64,000 nucleotides of DNA. Source: Candidatus Latescibacterota bacterium (GTDB lineage: Bacteria > Latescibacterota > UBA2968 > UBA8231). The stretch covers positions 2,112,001 to 2,176,000 of the forward strand of contig CBDCXV010000011.1 of assembly GCA_965223905.1 (NCBI GenBank), read 5' to 3'. The notes under the pieces are model-generated. The model was not told the DNA's origin and did no database searches. It saw only the letters and a program-made list of their open reading frames with translations. Shown piece after piece: positions 21,636 through 31,141 of the stretch (positions are counted from its first letter, which is position 1; each line of letters opens with the position of its first letter). A program made the translations under genes and the position numbers.

Positions 21636-21736
21636 CCGGCAGAAGAAGGTAGCGGCTCATCCCGAGGGGGGCAAAGGTCCGCCCGCAGAGCTCTCCCTCC
21701 TCCGTCCGCCCCTGGCAACCTCCCGGCGGGTGAAAA

Positions 21737-21766
21737 TTGACCGTCCCCAACCCGCCGGGTTATATT
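21737..21766 (+). promoter_or_regulatory. Candidate sigma70 promoter for the tyrS leader
   Basis: TTGACC (21737-21742), 18-bp spacer, TATATT (21761-21766). Confidence 0.5.
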
Positions 21767-21802
21767 CGGCTATCCTGTTAATCAAAATTGGCAACTGATT
21801 GC

Positions 21803-21844
21803 ATGACACGACGCGTTCACAGCGAGTATCGCTATACCCCCTGA
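21803..21844 (+). CDS. Candidate tyrS leader peptide MTRRVHSEYRYTP
   Basis: 13-codon ORF with two TAT Tyr codons near its end, upstream of a terminator and tyrS. Confidence 0.6.
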   Translation: MTRRVHSEYRYTP

Positions 21845-21877
21845 AGGGGCTAGCGCCGCGTTGCGTCCAGCGTGTTC

Positions 21878-21912
21878 GAGCCCCCGATAACGCTTCGGGG
21901 GGCTTTTTCTTT
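21878..21912 (+). terminator. Intrinsic terminator/attenuator in the tyrS leader
   Basis: GAGCCCCCGA-loop-TCGGGGGGCTT stem followed by a T-rich tract, about 30 nt before the tyrS ATG. Confidence 0.75.
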
Positions 21913-21942
21913 GTACGCCAACCAACGGCATCCAGGCGGCTT

Positions 21943-23190
21943 ATGAACATTCTCGATGATCTTCAGAACCGGGGGCTCGTCTACCAGGTCACCGACGGCC
22001 TCGAAGAGCGGCTGCGGCAGTCCGCGCCGCTGACCGTGTACGCCGGCTTCGATCCGACGGCCGACAGCCTCCAGATCGGCAACCTCGTCACCGCGCTGCT
22101 GCTGCGGCGTTTCCAGCAAGCCGGACACGTGCCGATCGCCCTGGTCGGCGGCGGCACCGGTCTCATAGGGGATCCGGGCGGCAGGTCGGAGGAGCGCGCC
22201 CTCAATCCCGCCGAAACCGTGGCGGCGTGGGCGGAGAAGATCAGGGCCCAGCTCGAGCCCTACCTCGACTTCAATTCGCGCACAAACCCCGCGATCCTCG
22301 TCAACAACTACGACTGGCTCGGAAAGGTCGGGGCCATCGACCTGATGCGGGACGTCGGCAAGCACTTCCCGGTCCCCTACATGCTCGCCAAGGACTCGGT
22401 CGCCTCCCGTCTCGAGGTGGGGATCTCCTACACCGAGTTCAGCTACATGGTGCTGCAGGCCTTCGACTTCCTCGAGCTGAACGAGCGCTACGGCTGCGAG
22501 GCGCAGCTCGGCGGCAGCGACCAGTGGGGGAACATCACCGCCGGGGTCGACCTGATCCGGCGCTCCGCGGGGCGCCGGGCCTACGGCCTCACCAACCCCC
22601 TGGTCACCAAGGCGGACGGCAGCAAGTTCGGCAAGACCGAGGGCAATACCGTATGGCTCGACGGCTCCCTCACCTCGCCCTACGAGTTCTACCAGTTCTG
22701 GATCAACGCCGACGACGCCAGCGCCCTGAACTACCTGAAGGTCTTCACCTTTCTCGGGGGGGACGAGATCGAGGCGCTCGCGCAGGCGACCGCGGAGAAC
22801 CCGGGCCGGCGGGAAGCCCAGCGCGTGCTGGCCCGGGAGGTGACGGCGCTGGCGCACGGGCCCGACGCGGCCGCCAAGGCCGGGAAGATCTCCACGGCCC
22901 TGTTCTACGGGGATCTCGGCGAGCTCGAGGAGGACGAAATCGAGCTGGGGTTTCACGACGTCCCGACCTACCGGATGAGCGAGCCGGAGCTCGGGCTCGT
23001 CGATCTCCTGGTCGCGGCCGGGATCTCGCCGTCGAAACGGCAGGCGCGCCAGGACATCGGCAGCGGCGCCATCTACGTCAACGGCGAGCGCTGCACCGAG
23101 CTCGACCGCCTCATGCGCACCCGCGACGGCCTGCACGGGAAATACCTCGTCCTGCGCCGCGGCAAGAGCAAGTACTTCCTGATCAGATAA
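21943..23190 (+). CDS. tyrS: Tyrosine--tRNA ligase
   Basis: YAGFDPTADSLQIGN, QLGGSDQWGNI, KFGKT, C-terminal S4 domain (LRRGKSKY). Confidence 0.97.
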   Translation: MNILDDLQNRGLVYQVTDGLEERLRQSAPLTVYAGFDPTADSLQIGNLVTALLLRRFQQAGHVPIALVGGGTGLIGDPGGRSEERALNPAETVAAWAEKIRAQLEPYLDFNSRTNPAILVNNYDWLGKVGAIDLMRDVGKHFPVPYMLAKDSVASRLEVGISYTEFSYMVLQAFDFLELNERYGCEAQLGGSDQWGNITAGVDLIRRSAGRRAYGLTNPLVTKADGSKFGKTEGNTVWLDGSLTSPYEFYQFWINADDASALNYLKVFTFLGGDEIEALAQATAENPGRREAQRVLAREVTALAHGPDAAAKAGKISTALFYGDLGELEEDEIELGFHDVPTYRMSEPELGLVDLLVAAGISPSKRQARQDIGSGAIYVNGERCTELDRLMRTRDGLHGKYLVLRRGKSKYFLIR

Positions 23191-23256
23191 GGCAGCGGCC
23201 GCGGAAACGGGAGAAGGACCCGTTCCGCGAAAACGACCGCGGCCGGCCGGCCCGCC

Positions 23257-25074
23257 TCATTCCCACTCGACGGTGGCCGGCGGCTTGTGGGTGATGTCGT
23301 AGTAGACGGCCTCGATCCCGTCGAGGTCGAGCAGCTTTCCGGTTACCTCTGCCAGGAAGGCCTCCGAAAGGCGATCGAAGCGGGCGGTCATGAAGTCGTC
23401 GGTGGTGACCGGGCGCAGCACGATGCTCTCGCCGCGCCCGTCCGAAGAGAGCGGTACCAGCACCGCCGGCATCTGCGTCACCGCGGCCATCAGCCCGTGG
23501 CGCTCCAGGGCTTCCATGGCGATCGCGTCCGCCTCCCGCAGCAGGTCGAGCCGCTCCCGCGTCAGGTACCCCTCCTTGAGGCGCTGATCCAGTCTTCGTT
23601 CCGGTCCGAGCTGCAGGACGACGCGGTTCACCTGCGGCAGCCTGTTCGTCAGCTCCGTGCTCAGCCGCTCCAGTAGGTCCCAGTCGATGGCCGCCGGGGC
23701 CGCCCCGGGGCCGGAGATCCGCACCGGGTGGGCGTAGCTGCGGCCGTCTCCCTGAACGCCGACGCTGCGCAGCGGCAGCAGGTCCGCGGTGAGGCCGGAG
23801 GCCACCGCTTCGGCCGCGACCTCGCCGGGCACCTGCGCCCCCGCGGCGCCGTCCGCCTCCCCGTCGCTGCACAGCACCCGCACCGCGAGGCCGGGTCCGG
23901 GGAACGGGTGGCGCCAGACCAGGCGGCGCGGCAGCCCGAGCTTCTCTCCCAGCTCCCGCACCTCGTCCTTGTACAGGTCGCCGAGGGGCTCGACGATCTT
24001 TCCTTCGGCGAGCAGCTGCTCGACGACGGGGACGCGGTTGTGGTGGGTCTTGATGGTCTCGGCGTGGTCCGTCCCGCCCGACTCGATGCGGTCGGTGTAG
24101 AGGGTCCCCTGCCCCAGCAGCCACTCCTCGGGATCGAGGGCGAGCTCTTCGAGGGCGCGGTCGCGGGTGCGGATGAACTCGTCGCCGATGCGCAGGCGCT
24201 TGACCTCCGGATCGCTGACCCCGGCGACCGCGGCGAGGAACTCCCGGCCGGCGTCGACGACCTTGAGGTTCTCGAACCCGGATTCCCGCATCAGCTCCGC
24301 GACCGTTGCGGTCTCGTTCTTGCGCATGAAGCCGTTGTCGATGTGCAGGCCGAGCACGCGGTCGCTGCCCAGGGCCCTGTTGAGGAGCAGGAAGCAGACG
24401 CTCGAATCGACGCCGCCGCTGACGAACAGGAACAGCTTGCGGCCGGCGCAGCGCTCTCGCAGCGAGGCCACCGACTCGCCGATGAAGTTCTCCATCGTCC
24501 AGGTGCGCTCGCACCCGCACAGGTCGAGGAAGTTGTCGAGAATCCGCATCCCCGACTCGGTGTGGGTGACCTCGGGGTGGAACTGCATGCCCCAGATGCG
24601 GCGTTCCCGGTCCCCCATCGCCGCCACCGGACAGTCCTCGGTCTCGCCGAGGCGCTCGAATCCCGGCGGCATTTCCGCGACCGTGTCGCGGTGGCTCATC
24701 CAGATGCTTTCCACCGGCGCCAGGCCGCGCAGCACCCCGGTCGGCGAGTGCACGCGCAGCGACGCCGCGCCGAACTCCATCCTGTCGCCCGGTTCGACCC
24801 GCCCTCCGAGGTGGTGGCAGAGCAGCTGGTGGCCGTAGCAGAGTCCCAGCAGCGGCAGGCCGCAGGAGGCGATCTCCGGATCGAACGGCGGCCGGTCCTC
24901 GGCGTACACGCTCGCCGGCCCCCCGGACAGGACGATGCCGCGGGCGCGCCGAAGGCGGTCGGGGGGCGTGTCCGGAGGGAGGGTCTCTGCGTAGACGTTG
25001 AGGCGGCGGATGCGGTTGGCGATCAGGTGGGCGTACTGACCACCGAAGTCGAGGACGGCGATGCCGGGGTTCAC
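23257..25074 (-). CDS. guaA: GMP synthase (glutamine-hydrolysing), long form
   Basis: LDFGGQYAHLI, GLCYGHQ, QFHPEV, SGGVDS, IKTHHN, HPFPGPGL, KPPATVEWE. Confidence 0.97.
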   Translation of the reverse strand: MNPGIAVLDFGGQYAHLIANRIRRLNVYAETLPPDTPPDRLRRARGIVLSGGPASVYAEDRPPFDPEIASCGLPLLGLCYGHQLLCHHLGGRVEPGDRMEFGAASLRVHSPTGVLRGLAPVESIWMSHRDTVAEMPPGFERLGETEDCPVAAMGDRERRIWGMQFHPEVTHTESGMRILDNFLDLCGCERTWTMENFIGESVASLRERCAGRKLFLFVSGGVDSSVCFLLLNRALGSDRVLGLHIDNGFMRKNETATVAELMRESGFENLKVVDAGREFLAAVAGVSDPEVKRLRIGDEFIRTRDRALEELALDPEEWLLGQGTLYTDRIESGGTDHAETIKTHHNRVPVVEQLLAEGKIVEPLGDLYKDEVRELGEKLGLPRRLVWRHPFPGPGLAVRVLCSDGEADGAAGAQVPGEVAAEAVASGLTADLLPLRSVGVQGDGRSYAHPVRISGPGAAPAAIDWDLLERLSTELTNRLPQVNRVVLQLGPERRLDQRLKEGYLTRERLDLLREADAIAMEALERHGLMAAVTQMPAVLVPLSSDGRGESIVLRPVTTDDFMTARFDRLSEAFLAEVTGKLLDLDGIEAVYYDITHKPPATVEWE

Positions 25075-25278
25075 GGCGTGCTCCCCCGGGGAGAGGGTGG
25101 CTGTCGAAACGTGGGGAGAGGCCGGAATATAGCTCCGGCGGACCGCGGTGCAACCGCTCGATACCGCGGGGCGCGTCTGCTGTCGAGTCCGCACGGAAAA
25201 CACCCGGGCCAGCCTGGCCCGGTATGGTTGCCGACAGGCGACCCCGTCCGAAAAAGGCTCGACGGTCGCCGCCAGGCC

Positions 25279-28023
25279 TCACCGGACCAGGGTCATCTTC
25301 CGCCTCAGGACCAGCGCCCCGACCCTGAACTGGCAGTAGTACACCCCGGACCCCGCCCGGTACCCGGACTCGTCGGTACCGTCCCAGACCGCATCGTAGA
25401 TCCCCGGGGCGGCCCGAGCCCTGGCGAGGCGGCGCACCAGGCCGCCGGTCAGGTTGCGCACCTCCAGGGACATCTCCGACTGGTGCGACAGCGACGCGTG
25501 GAGGATGCCGACGGAATAACGGATCCGGGTCGAAGCGTTGAACGGGTTGGGGAAATTCTGCTTCAGCTCGAAGGCGACCGGCACGCGGGGATCGAAGTTC
25601 AGCCAGGGGCGCCAGGCGACCGGGCCGGAAATACGCTCGGCGATCCAGGTTTCGTCGTCCCTTCCCCACCAGTTGTTGTCGGCCAGCAGCTCCAGCGACG
25701 ACTCGTTGTCGATCAGCCGGGTCGCCCCTTCCACGGCGTTGAGCTCGAGACGTTCGGGCAGGCGAAGACCGGAGACCTGGAATACCAGTTCGTTGTCGGC
25801 GAAGTAGTTGTCGACGATGCTGAGCCCGGCGCTTTTTGCGACCACGGCGACGCGGTGGCGCTCGAAGTGGTTCTGCTCGATCAGGACCTCCTCGGAGCCG
25901 ATGCCGAGAACCCCCGTGCCCCCGGAAAAGCGATTGCCGCTTACCTGGCCGCGGGTGAGCCGGCCCAGGAGGAGATTGGCCGCATCCGGCGCCTCCGATC
26001 CGTTTCCCTCGAATTCATTGTCCAGGCAGGTGAGCGGGCCTCCGACCCGCACCAAGCCGCTGGCGGCGCTGTCCTCGATGCGGCTGTCCGCGACCACCAC
26101 GCTTCGGGCCCATCCCGTGACTACGACGCCGTTGGCGCCGGCGTTGCGAACCAGCAGGCCCTCGAAGCTGATCGGGGCGTTTTCGGAGTTGATCCGCACC
26201 CCGTTTGCGGCCGTGTTGGAAATCGTCACGCTGTCGAGGGCCAGGCGCCTGTGCAAGCTTTCCGACGAGATCGCCTCGGTGGCGAAGTCGATGTCGCATT
26301 CCCGCAAGGTGACGCTTCCGGAAGAAAGGATGTCGAATCCTCTCCAGTCCCCTGGCCCCGGCCGGGGACCGGCCGGAATGATGCGGCTGCGACGGCCCCC
26401 GGAGCGAGAGACGAAATCCCCCAGGACGACGATCTCGCAGTGGTCGGGATCTCTCCCGCCGCGGCGCTGGTCCTCCGTCACCAGCACCGTCGTACCGTTC
26501 AGCATTGTCACCGTCACCTCCGGTCCGACGGTGAGGTCGCCGACCAGCTCCATGGTGTCGGCCCATACGTCCCGCGCAGCGATGATCCCGGCGCGCCTGC
26601 GGTCGTTCAACTGCACGTCGGCGACCATGGCCTCCCCCTCGCGGCGGATGTTCGAGATGCTGATCCCCCTCGGTGCCGCAGGATTGGAGATGACCGAGAA
26701 ATCGGTAAAGACCGTGCCGTCGAAGACGTCGGTGGCGTCGCCGAAATTGCCGCCGTAGCGGGTGCTGTACTCTTCGTCGCGGGACCAGAAATCGAGGTTG
26801 TCCCGGCCGACTTCGTACCCCTTCTCCCTGCCGGCGGGATACCCGGCGTCGCGGTAGAGTCCGTCGGCGCAGACGAGGTCCACCTTCTTCCACTCTTCGT
26901 CATTGTTGAGGAACGCGTGCTCGTCTATTTCCCAGATCAGCAGGCCCTCCGCTGGCAGGTTGCGGTCGTAGTAGCTGTTGGCGCGGCCGCGGTGCTCGAC
27001 GAGGAGGTAGCGGGACTCGGTCACCGGTATCAGGACGACGTCGCCGCCGGCGTTCACGTCCTCGAAGACCAGGCCCCTGGCATCGGAATCGAGGCGGCGC
27101 AGGCGGCTGTTCGCCACGCCGAGCCAGCCCAGCTTCGCCAGGCTCCAGGCAGACAGCGGGTTCGGCCCGCCGCCCCCCCAGCCCAGGGCCCCGTGGCCCA
27201 TCAGGCCCCAGTTGCCGATCCCGGCCGAGTCATCGGCAGGACGGACCTCCTGGCTCGCCCGGATGAGGTCGGTATCGTAGAGATCCGGAAGCCCGAGGGT
27301 GTGGACGAACTCGTGGCACATGCTGCCCGTGGCCGCGGCGAAGTGCACGCCCTGCTGCGTCACCCCGTTCTCTATGCGGATGAACCCCCCGCCCGCGCCG
27401 CGGTCGTCGGTCCAGAAGGAGCGCCCCGCCCACCCTAGGGTGGCGACGCCGGTGGCGTTCCTGATGATGAAGCCCGGCGGCGTCGAGCGGGCGATCACGA
27501 ACAGGAAATCGACGATGCCGTCGTCGTCACCGGAGTCGGGCACCCCGTCGGGGCCGTCGTTGTCGTAGCGGCTGTAGTCGATCTCCTTGTCGGAGGCGGC
27601 GAGCAACTCGGCGACGTACTCGGCGTAAAGACCCGGCTCCCCTTCGACCGGGCTGAGATAGGCCGAGGCCGGTCCGGCCGCGGAGTACTCAGTGGGCAGG
27701 ACGGAGCCGGTGATCTCGTACTGGCCCCGCGACATCTCGATGAAGAAGTGGGTGAGGCTTCCTGGGCGGCCGGGATCGAAGAGATCTTCGGCGAAGGCGG
27801 GAGGGGCGTTGCCGGCGCGGGCTTTCTCGTCGGCGAAGCGGCCGAACAGGGCGACCGCATGGACTCTGCCGGTAACCGGAGCCGCGTCCAGGATCCCCTG
27901 CGCCGGTTTGGCGGCGGCGTGGGCGCACTGGAATCCGGCCTCGACAGCCGGCGCCCCGGTCTGCCCGCCGAGCAACAGGACGGCGAGAATGCCGCCTTCC
28001 GCGAGCGGGAAGCGGCGCATCAT
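25279..28023 (-). CDS. Secreted M6 (immune inhibitor A-like) metalloprotease + beta-helix + FlgD/T9SS-type tail
   Basis: CHEFVHTLGLPDLYD, WGLMGHG, YDNDGPDGVPDSGDDDG, NNWWG, QNFPNPFN...KMTLVR. Confidence 0.88.
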   Translation of the reverse strand: MMRRFPLAEGGILAVLLLGGQTGAPAVEAGFQCAHAAAKPAQGILDAAPVTGRVHAVALFGRFADEKARAGNAPPAFAEDLFDPGRPGSLTHFFIEMSRGQYEITGSVLPTEYSAAGPASAYLSPVEGEPGLYAEYVAELLAASDKEIDYSRYDNDGPDGVPDSGDDDGIVDFLFVIARSTPPGFIIRNATGVATLGWAGRSFWTDDRGAGGGFIRIENGVTQQGVHFAAATGSMCHEFVHTLGLPDLYDTDLIRASQEVRPADDSAGIGNWGLMGHGALGWGGGGPNPLSAWSLAKLGWLGVANSRLRRLDSDARGLVFEDVNAGGDVVLIPVTESRYLLVEHRGRANSYYDRNLPAEGLLIWEIDEHAFLNNDEEWKKVDLVCADGLYRDAGYPAGREKGYEVGRDNLDFWSRDEEYSTRYGGNFGDATDVFDGTVFTDFSVISNPAAPRGISISNIRREGEAMVADVQLNDRRRAGIIAARDVWADTMELVGDLTVGPEVTVTMLNGTTVLVTEDQRRGGRDPDHCEIVVLGDFVSRSGGRRSRIIPAGPRPGPGDWRGFDILSSGSVTLRECDIDFATEAISSESLHRRLALDSVTISNTAANGVRINSENAPISFEGLLVRNAGANGVVVTGWARSVVVADSRIEDSAASGLVRVGGPLTCLDNEFEGNGSEAPDAANLLLGRLTRGQVSGNRFSGGTGVLGIGSEEVLIEQNHFERHRVAVVAKSAGLSIVDNYFADNELVFQVSGLRLPERLELNAVEGATRLIDNESSLELLADNNWWGRDDETWIAERISGPVAWRPWLNFDPRVPVAFELKQNFPNPFNASTRIRYSVGILHASLSHQSEMSLEVRNLTGGLVRRLARARAAPGIYDAVWDGTDESGYRAGSGVYYCQFRVGALVLRRKMTLVR

Positions 28024-28393
28024 CGCACCGCGGGATCGGCGTTGTGCCGTTTGCGCCCTGGTATCATCCAAGTTTCCGGGTAGGGCTGACAGTTCCTGCA
28101 CGCACCATTCCACGTGAATTCGATTCGGGCTGCGGTCCGGCGCGCAGGCATCGGCGCTCGAAAAGCCGGGACAATTGGCGATTTGCGGCCGTCGAGGGCC
28201 TCCCGGGTTCCCGGGTTTGAGGGGCCGCTGCTGGAACCATCCCGCCCGGTCCGGGTCCGTCCGCCGGGCCCCGTCATCTATTCGACGATTCGAGGAAGGT
28301 CGGGTTTCTCAGATCGGCAAAGCCAGGCCGGTGCTGCCGCCCGAAAGTCAGCGAAAAGGTAACTCGGCGTACCGGAGAGCGCCTTCGACCTCG

Positions 28394-30100
28394 TCAGTTC
28401 CCTGCCAAGTCGAGCTGGAAGCTGGCGAGATGGCCGTCCTCGCGCCCGCGGCGGCGCTCGAAGCGGTAGCGGAAGGTCGCCGCCACAGGCGCCTTTCCCA
28501 GCTCCAGGAGCCCGTACGCTCTCCAGCCCACCCCGTTGAGGGCGCGAATGCTCACGGCGCCGGGAAGATCGTACTCGAACTCGTAGATGCGGGCGTCCCA
28601 AGAGTCGACGCGGAAGCGGCTCAGGTGGCCGCTGCAGCGCAGCGCCCCGAGTCGCAGGCGGGCGGAAACGGAGGCGTTGGAAGCCCGGTTCGACTGCGAT
28701 CCGGTCCGCACCTGTCCGCTCTCCAGGCGGAGGCGGAGCATCTGCAGGCGGCCCTCCCCCTTTTGCTGCAGGTCGAAGCGGATCTTGCGCGATTTTGCGG
28801 CCGTAGCTTCCCCCTGCTTCCAGACCGGCTTCAGCCGCTGCCGGAGACTGAGTTTCGGGTTCCACGCCGCCAGCCGCGCGAGAGCCGGCCGCAGTCCCTG
28901 AGGGCCGCGGCCCCGTAGCGACTTCAGCGGCCGGGCGAGGCTCCACTCGGCGCCGAGGAGGGTGTGCTCGCTCGCCATCGGGTAGAAGTAGGTCCTCTGC
29001 GGGCGCCGGTAGCGGTCGACGTAGAAGCGCAGACCTGCCCGCCGGTGCCCGATCATCACCAGGATCCCGCGCTCGTTCTTCATGCCGCCGGCCCCGGGGG
29101 CGCCGCCGAAAAAGGCGTGGTACCCCGGGTCGTACGCCCGGAGCAGCACCCCGGCCTTCAGCCGCCGCCCGGACAGCCGCAGGCCCCCGACCCACCCCAG
29201 GTGGCCGCGGTCCTGAACGGCGAGCTCGCCGAAACCCTGGAGCCTGCGGGCGCGCCAGACCAAGTCTAAGCCCGCTGTCGACTGCCCGCGGCCCTTGAAG
29301 GCGTACTCGACGCGTCCCGGCCGCCGCAGGTCGACGGAGCGGGAGAACCGCACCTTCAGCAGGGTCGTTCCGATAGAGAGCCTGCCGCGCTCGCCGCGCA
29401 GCCGCAGGACCCCGACCTGTCCGCCGAGCCGGTCGGCATTGCGGCGTTCCGCGGGGCTGACGTGGTAGCCGCTCTGCGGCAGCGAGGTGACGCCCCCGCT
29501 GTCGTCCACGCGGGCATCGAAGCGGATGGCGCCGGCCGATGCCGCGGCCTCGAAGCCGGGCCCCCGCCGGCGCAACGACAGTCCCCGGAGGGAGTGGTTC
29601 TCCGCGGAGGAGCGGTACCCCGTCGCCCGGCTGTCGCGCCGCGGCCGGGGCATGGCCGCCCCCCCGCGCCAGCCGTGGCGGCTGAATACCAGGCCCTGCG
29701 CGAAGCCCGGTCTCAGATCTCCGGCGACCGCTTCGAACCCGGCGAGGTCCGCGGACACGTAGACGCTGGCGAAATCCCTCCACGAGCCCTCCCCCGGATC
29801 CTTCTCGGCCAGCGCGTACAGGGCGGGCCCGCCGGGGGCCTTCCATTCGAGCCGCTGGTAGATCCTGGCCTGGCGGTATCCCGGCTCCCGGCTCTGCAGA
29901 CGCCAGCGGGCCGACCAGCCTGAAGCGGCGAGATCCGCCAGGCGGCTGGCCAGCGAGGCCGCGCCGGCGCCCTCCTCGAAGGCGAGGGCGCCGGCATCCT
30001 CCTCTTCCGGGGACGGGTCGGCCGCGGTCGGGACGGCGAGGGAAAGCGGAGCGAGGATTGCCGCGGCGGCGACCGCCGCGGTTCGCGTCTTGGCAAGCAT
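28394..30100 (-). CDS. Outer-membrane beta-barrel protein resembling FCB-group ComEA/HhH-associated barrels
   Basis: Signal peptide; EKDPGE, GDLRPGFAQGL, WDARIYEFEYDL motifs; no HhH repeats seen. Confidence 0.55.
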   Translation of the reverse strand: MLAKTRTAAVAAAAILAPLSLAVPTAADPSPEEEDAGALAFEEGAGAASLASRLADLAASGWSARWRLQSREPGYRQARIYQRLEWKAPGGPALYALAEKDPGEGSWRDFASVYVSADLAGFEAVAGDLRPGFAQGLVFSRHGWRGGAAMPRPRRDSRATGYRSSAENHSLRGLSLRRRGPGFEAAASAGAIRFDARVDDSGGVTSLPQSGYHVSPAERRNADRLGGQVGVLRLRGERGRLSIGTTLLKVRFSRSVDLRRPGRVEYAFKGRGQSTAGLDLVWRARRLQGFGELAVQDRGHLGWVGGLRLSGRRLKAGVLLRAYDPGYHAFFGGAPGAGGMKNERGILVMIGHRRAGLRFYVDRYRRPQRTYFYPMASEHTLLGAEWSLARPLKSLRGRGPQGLRPALARLAAWNPKLSLRQRLKPVWKQGEATAAKSRKIRFDLQQKGEGRLQMLRLRLESGQVRTGSQSNRASNASVSARLRLGALRCSGHLSRFRVDSWDARIYEFEYDLPGAVSIRALNGVGWRAYGLLELGKAPVAATFRYRFERRRGREDGHLASFQLDLAGN

Positions 30101-30276
30101 GGCAGCCCCGGAGCGGCAAATCCCGTACCCGCACCCCCCTCTCCGGTGGCGCCTCCTCCGGCCTGTGTGATTTCGCACACATGCCGTTTCCCCTGGCACA
30201 CGTTTGACCGCGGCGGCGCGGCCGCGGCATCTTGGACATCCCCGCCTTGACCCCCTTTGCCAGCGGAGCGCGCCCC

Positions 30277-31095
30277 GTGAAGTTCGGAACCTGCAACGAG
30301 TACTTCGAAGACTGGCCCCTCGAAGAGGTGTTCGACTACGCCGCGGCCATCGGCTACGACGGCGTCGAGATCGCCCCCTTCACCCTGGCCGAATCGGTGG
30401 AGGAGATCCCCGCCTCCCGCCGCGCCGGGATCCGCCGCGCCGCCGAAGCGGCCGGCGTCGAGATCATCGGCCTGCACTGGCTGCTGATCAGTCCGGAAGG
30501 CCTGTACACCAACCACGTCGACGACGGGATCCGCAACCGCACGCGCGACTACTTCCAGTCCCTGATCCGGTTCTGCGGCGATCTGGGCGGCGGCGTGATG
30601 ATCATCGGTTCGCCCAAGCAGCGGAACGTCCAGGAAGGGTGGGACTTCGGCGAGACCTGGGACCGCACCCGAGCGGTCTTCGAGGACTGCCTGGCGCTCG
30701 CCGAACGGCACTCCGTCTACCTCTGCATCGAGCCGCTCAGCGCCGACCAGACCAACTTCATCACCACCGCGGCCGAGGCCCGCCGCATGGTGACAGAGAT
30801 CGGTCACCCGAACTTCCGCACCATGATCGACTGTTGCAGCGGCTCCACCGAGGAGCGCAGCCTCGCGCAGCTGCTCGCCGACTCGGGGGAGCACCTCTAT
30901 CACGTCCACGTCAACGACGCCAACAAGCGCGGACCCGGCTTCGGCGACACCGATTTCACCCAGGTGATGAAGAAGCTGCGGGAGATGGGGTACGACCGCT
31001 ACGTGTCGGTCGAGGTGTTCGACTTCGCGCCAGATCCGCGCACGATCGCCGCGGGAAGTGTGAAGTACTTGAAGGGGATTGGCGCGGCGCTCTGA
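30277..31095 (+). CDS. Sugar phosphate isomerase/epimerase (xylose-isomerase-like TIM barrel)
   Basis: GYDGVEIAPF, CIEPL, HVHVND, GPGFG, VSVEVF. Confidence 0.9.
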   Translation: MKFGTCNEYFEDWPLEEVFDYAAAIGYDGVEIAPFTLAESVEEIPASRRAGIRRAAEAAGVEIIGLHWLLISPEGLYTNHVDDGIRNRTRDYFQSLIRFCGDLGGGVMIIGSPKQRNVQEGWDFGETWDRTRAVFEDCLALAERHSVYLCIEPLSADQTNFITTAAEARRMVTEIGHPNFRTMIDCCSGSTEERSLAQLLADSGEHLYHVHVNDANKRGPGFGDTDFTQVMKKLREMGYDRYVSVEVFDFAPDPRTIAAGSVKYLKGIGAAL

Positions 31096-31141
31096 GCAGT
31101 ACTCTTTTGAATTTCTGAAACGGATCGTTACGGTGGCTGAA

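Noticed and set aside
21780-21940. T-box riboswitch upstream of tyrS
   Set aside because: No TGGNACCGCG T-box sequence seen and the leader is short; a leader-peptide model fits better
23728-27438. Long antisense or alternative-frame ORFs (also 5612-7321, 12108-13853, 39039-41498, 50743-53247)
   Set aside because: Shadow ORFs of GC-rich genes with no recognisable motifs
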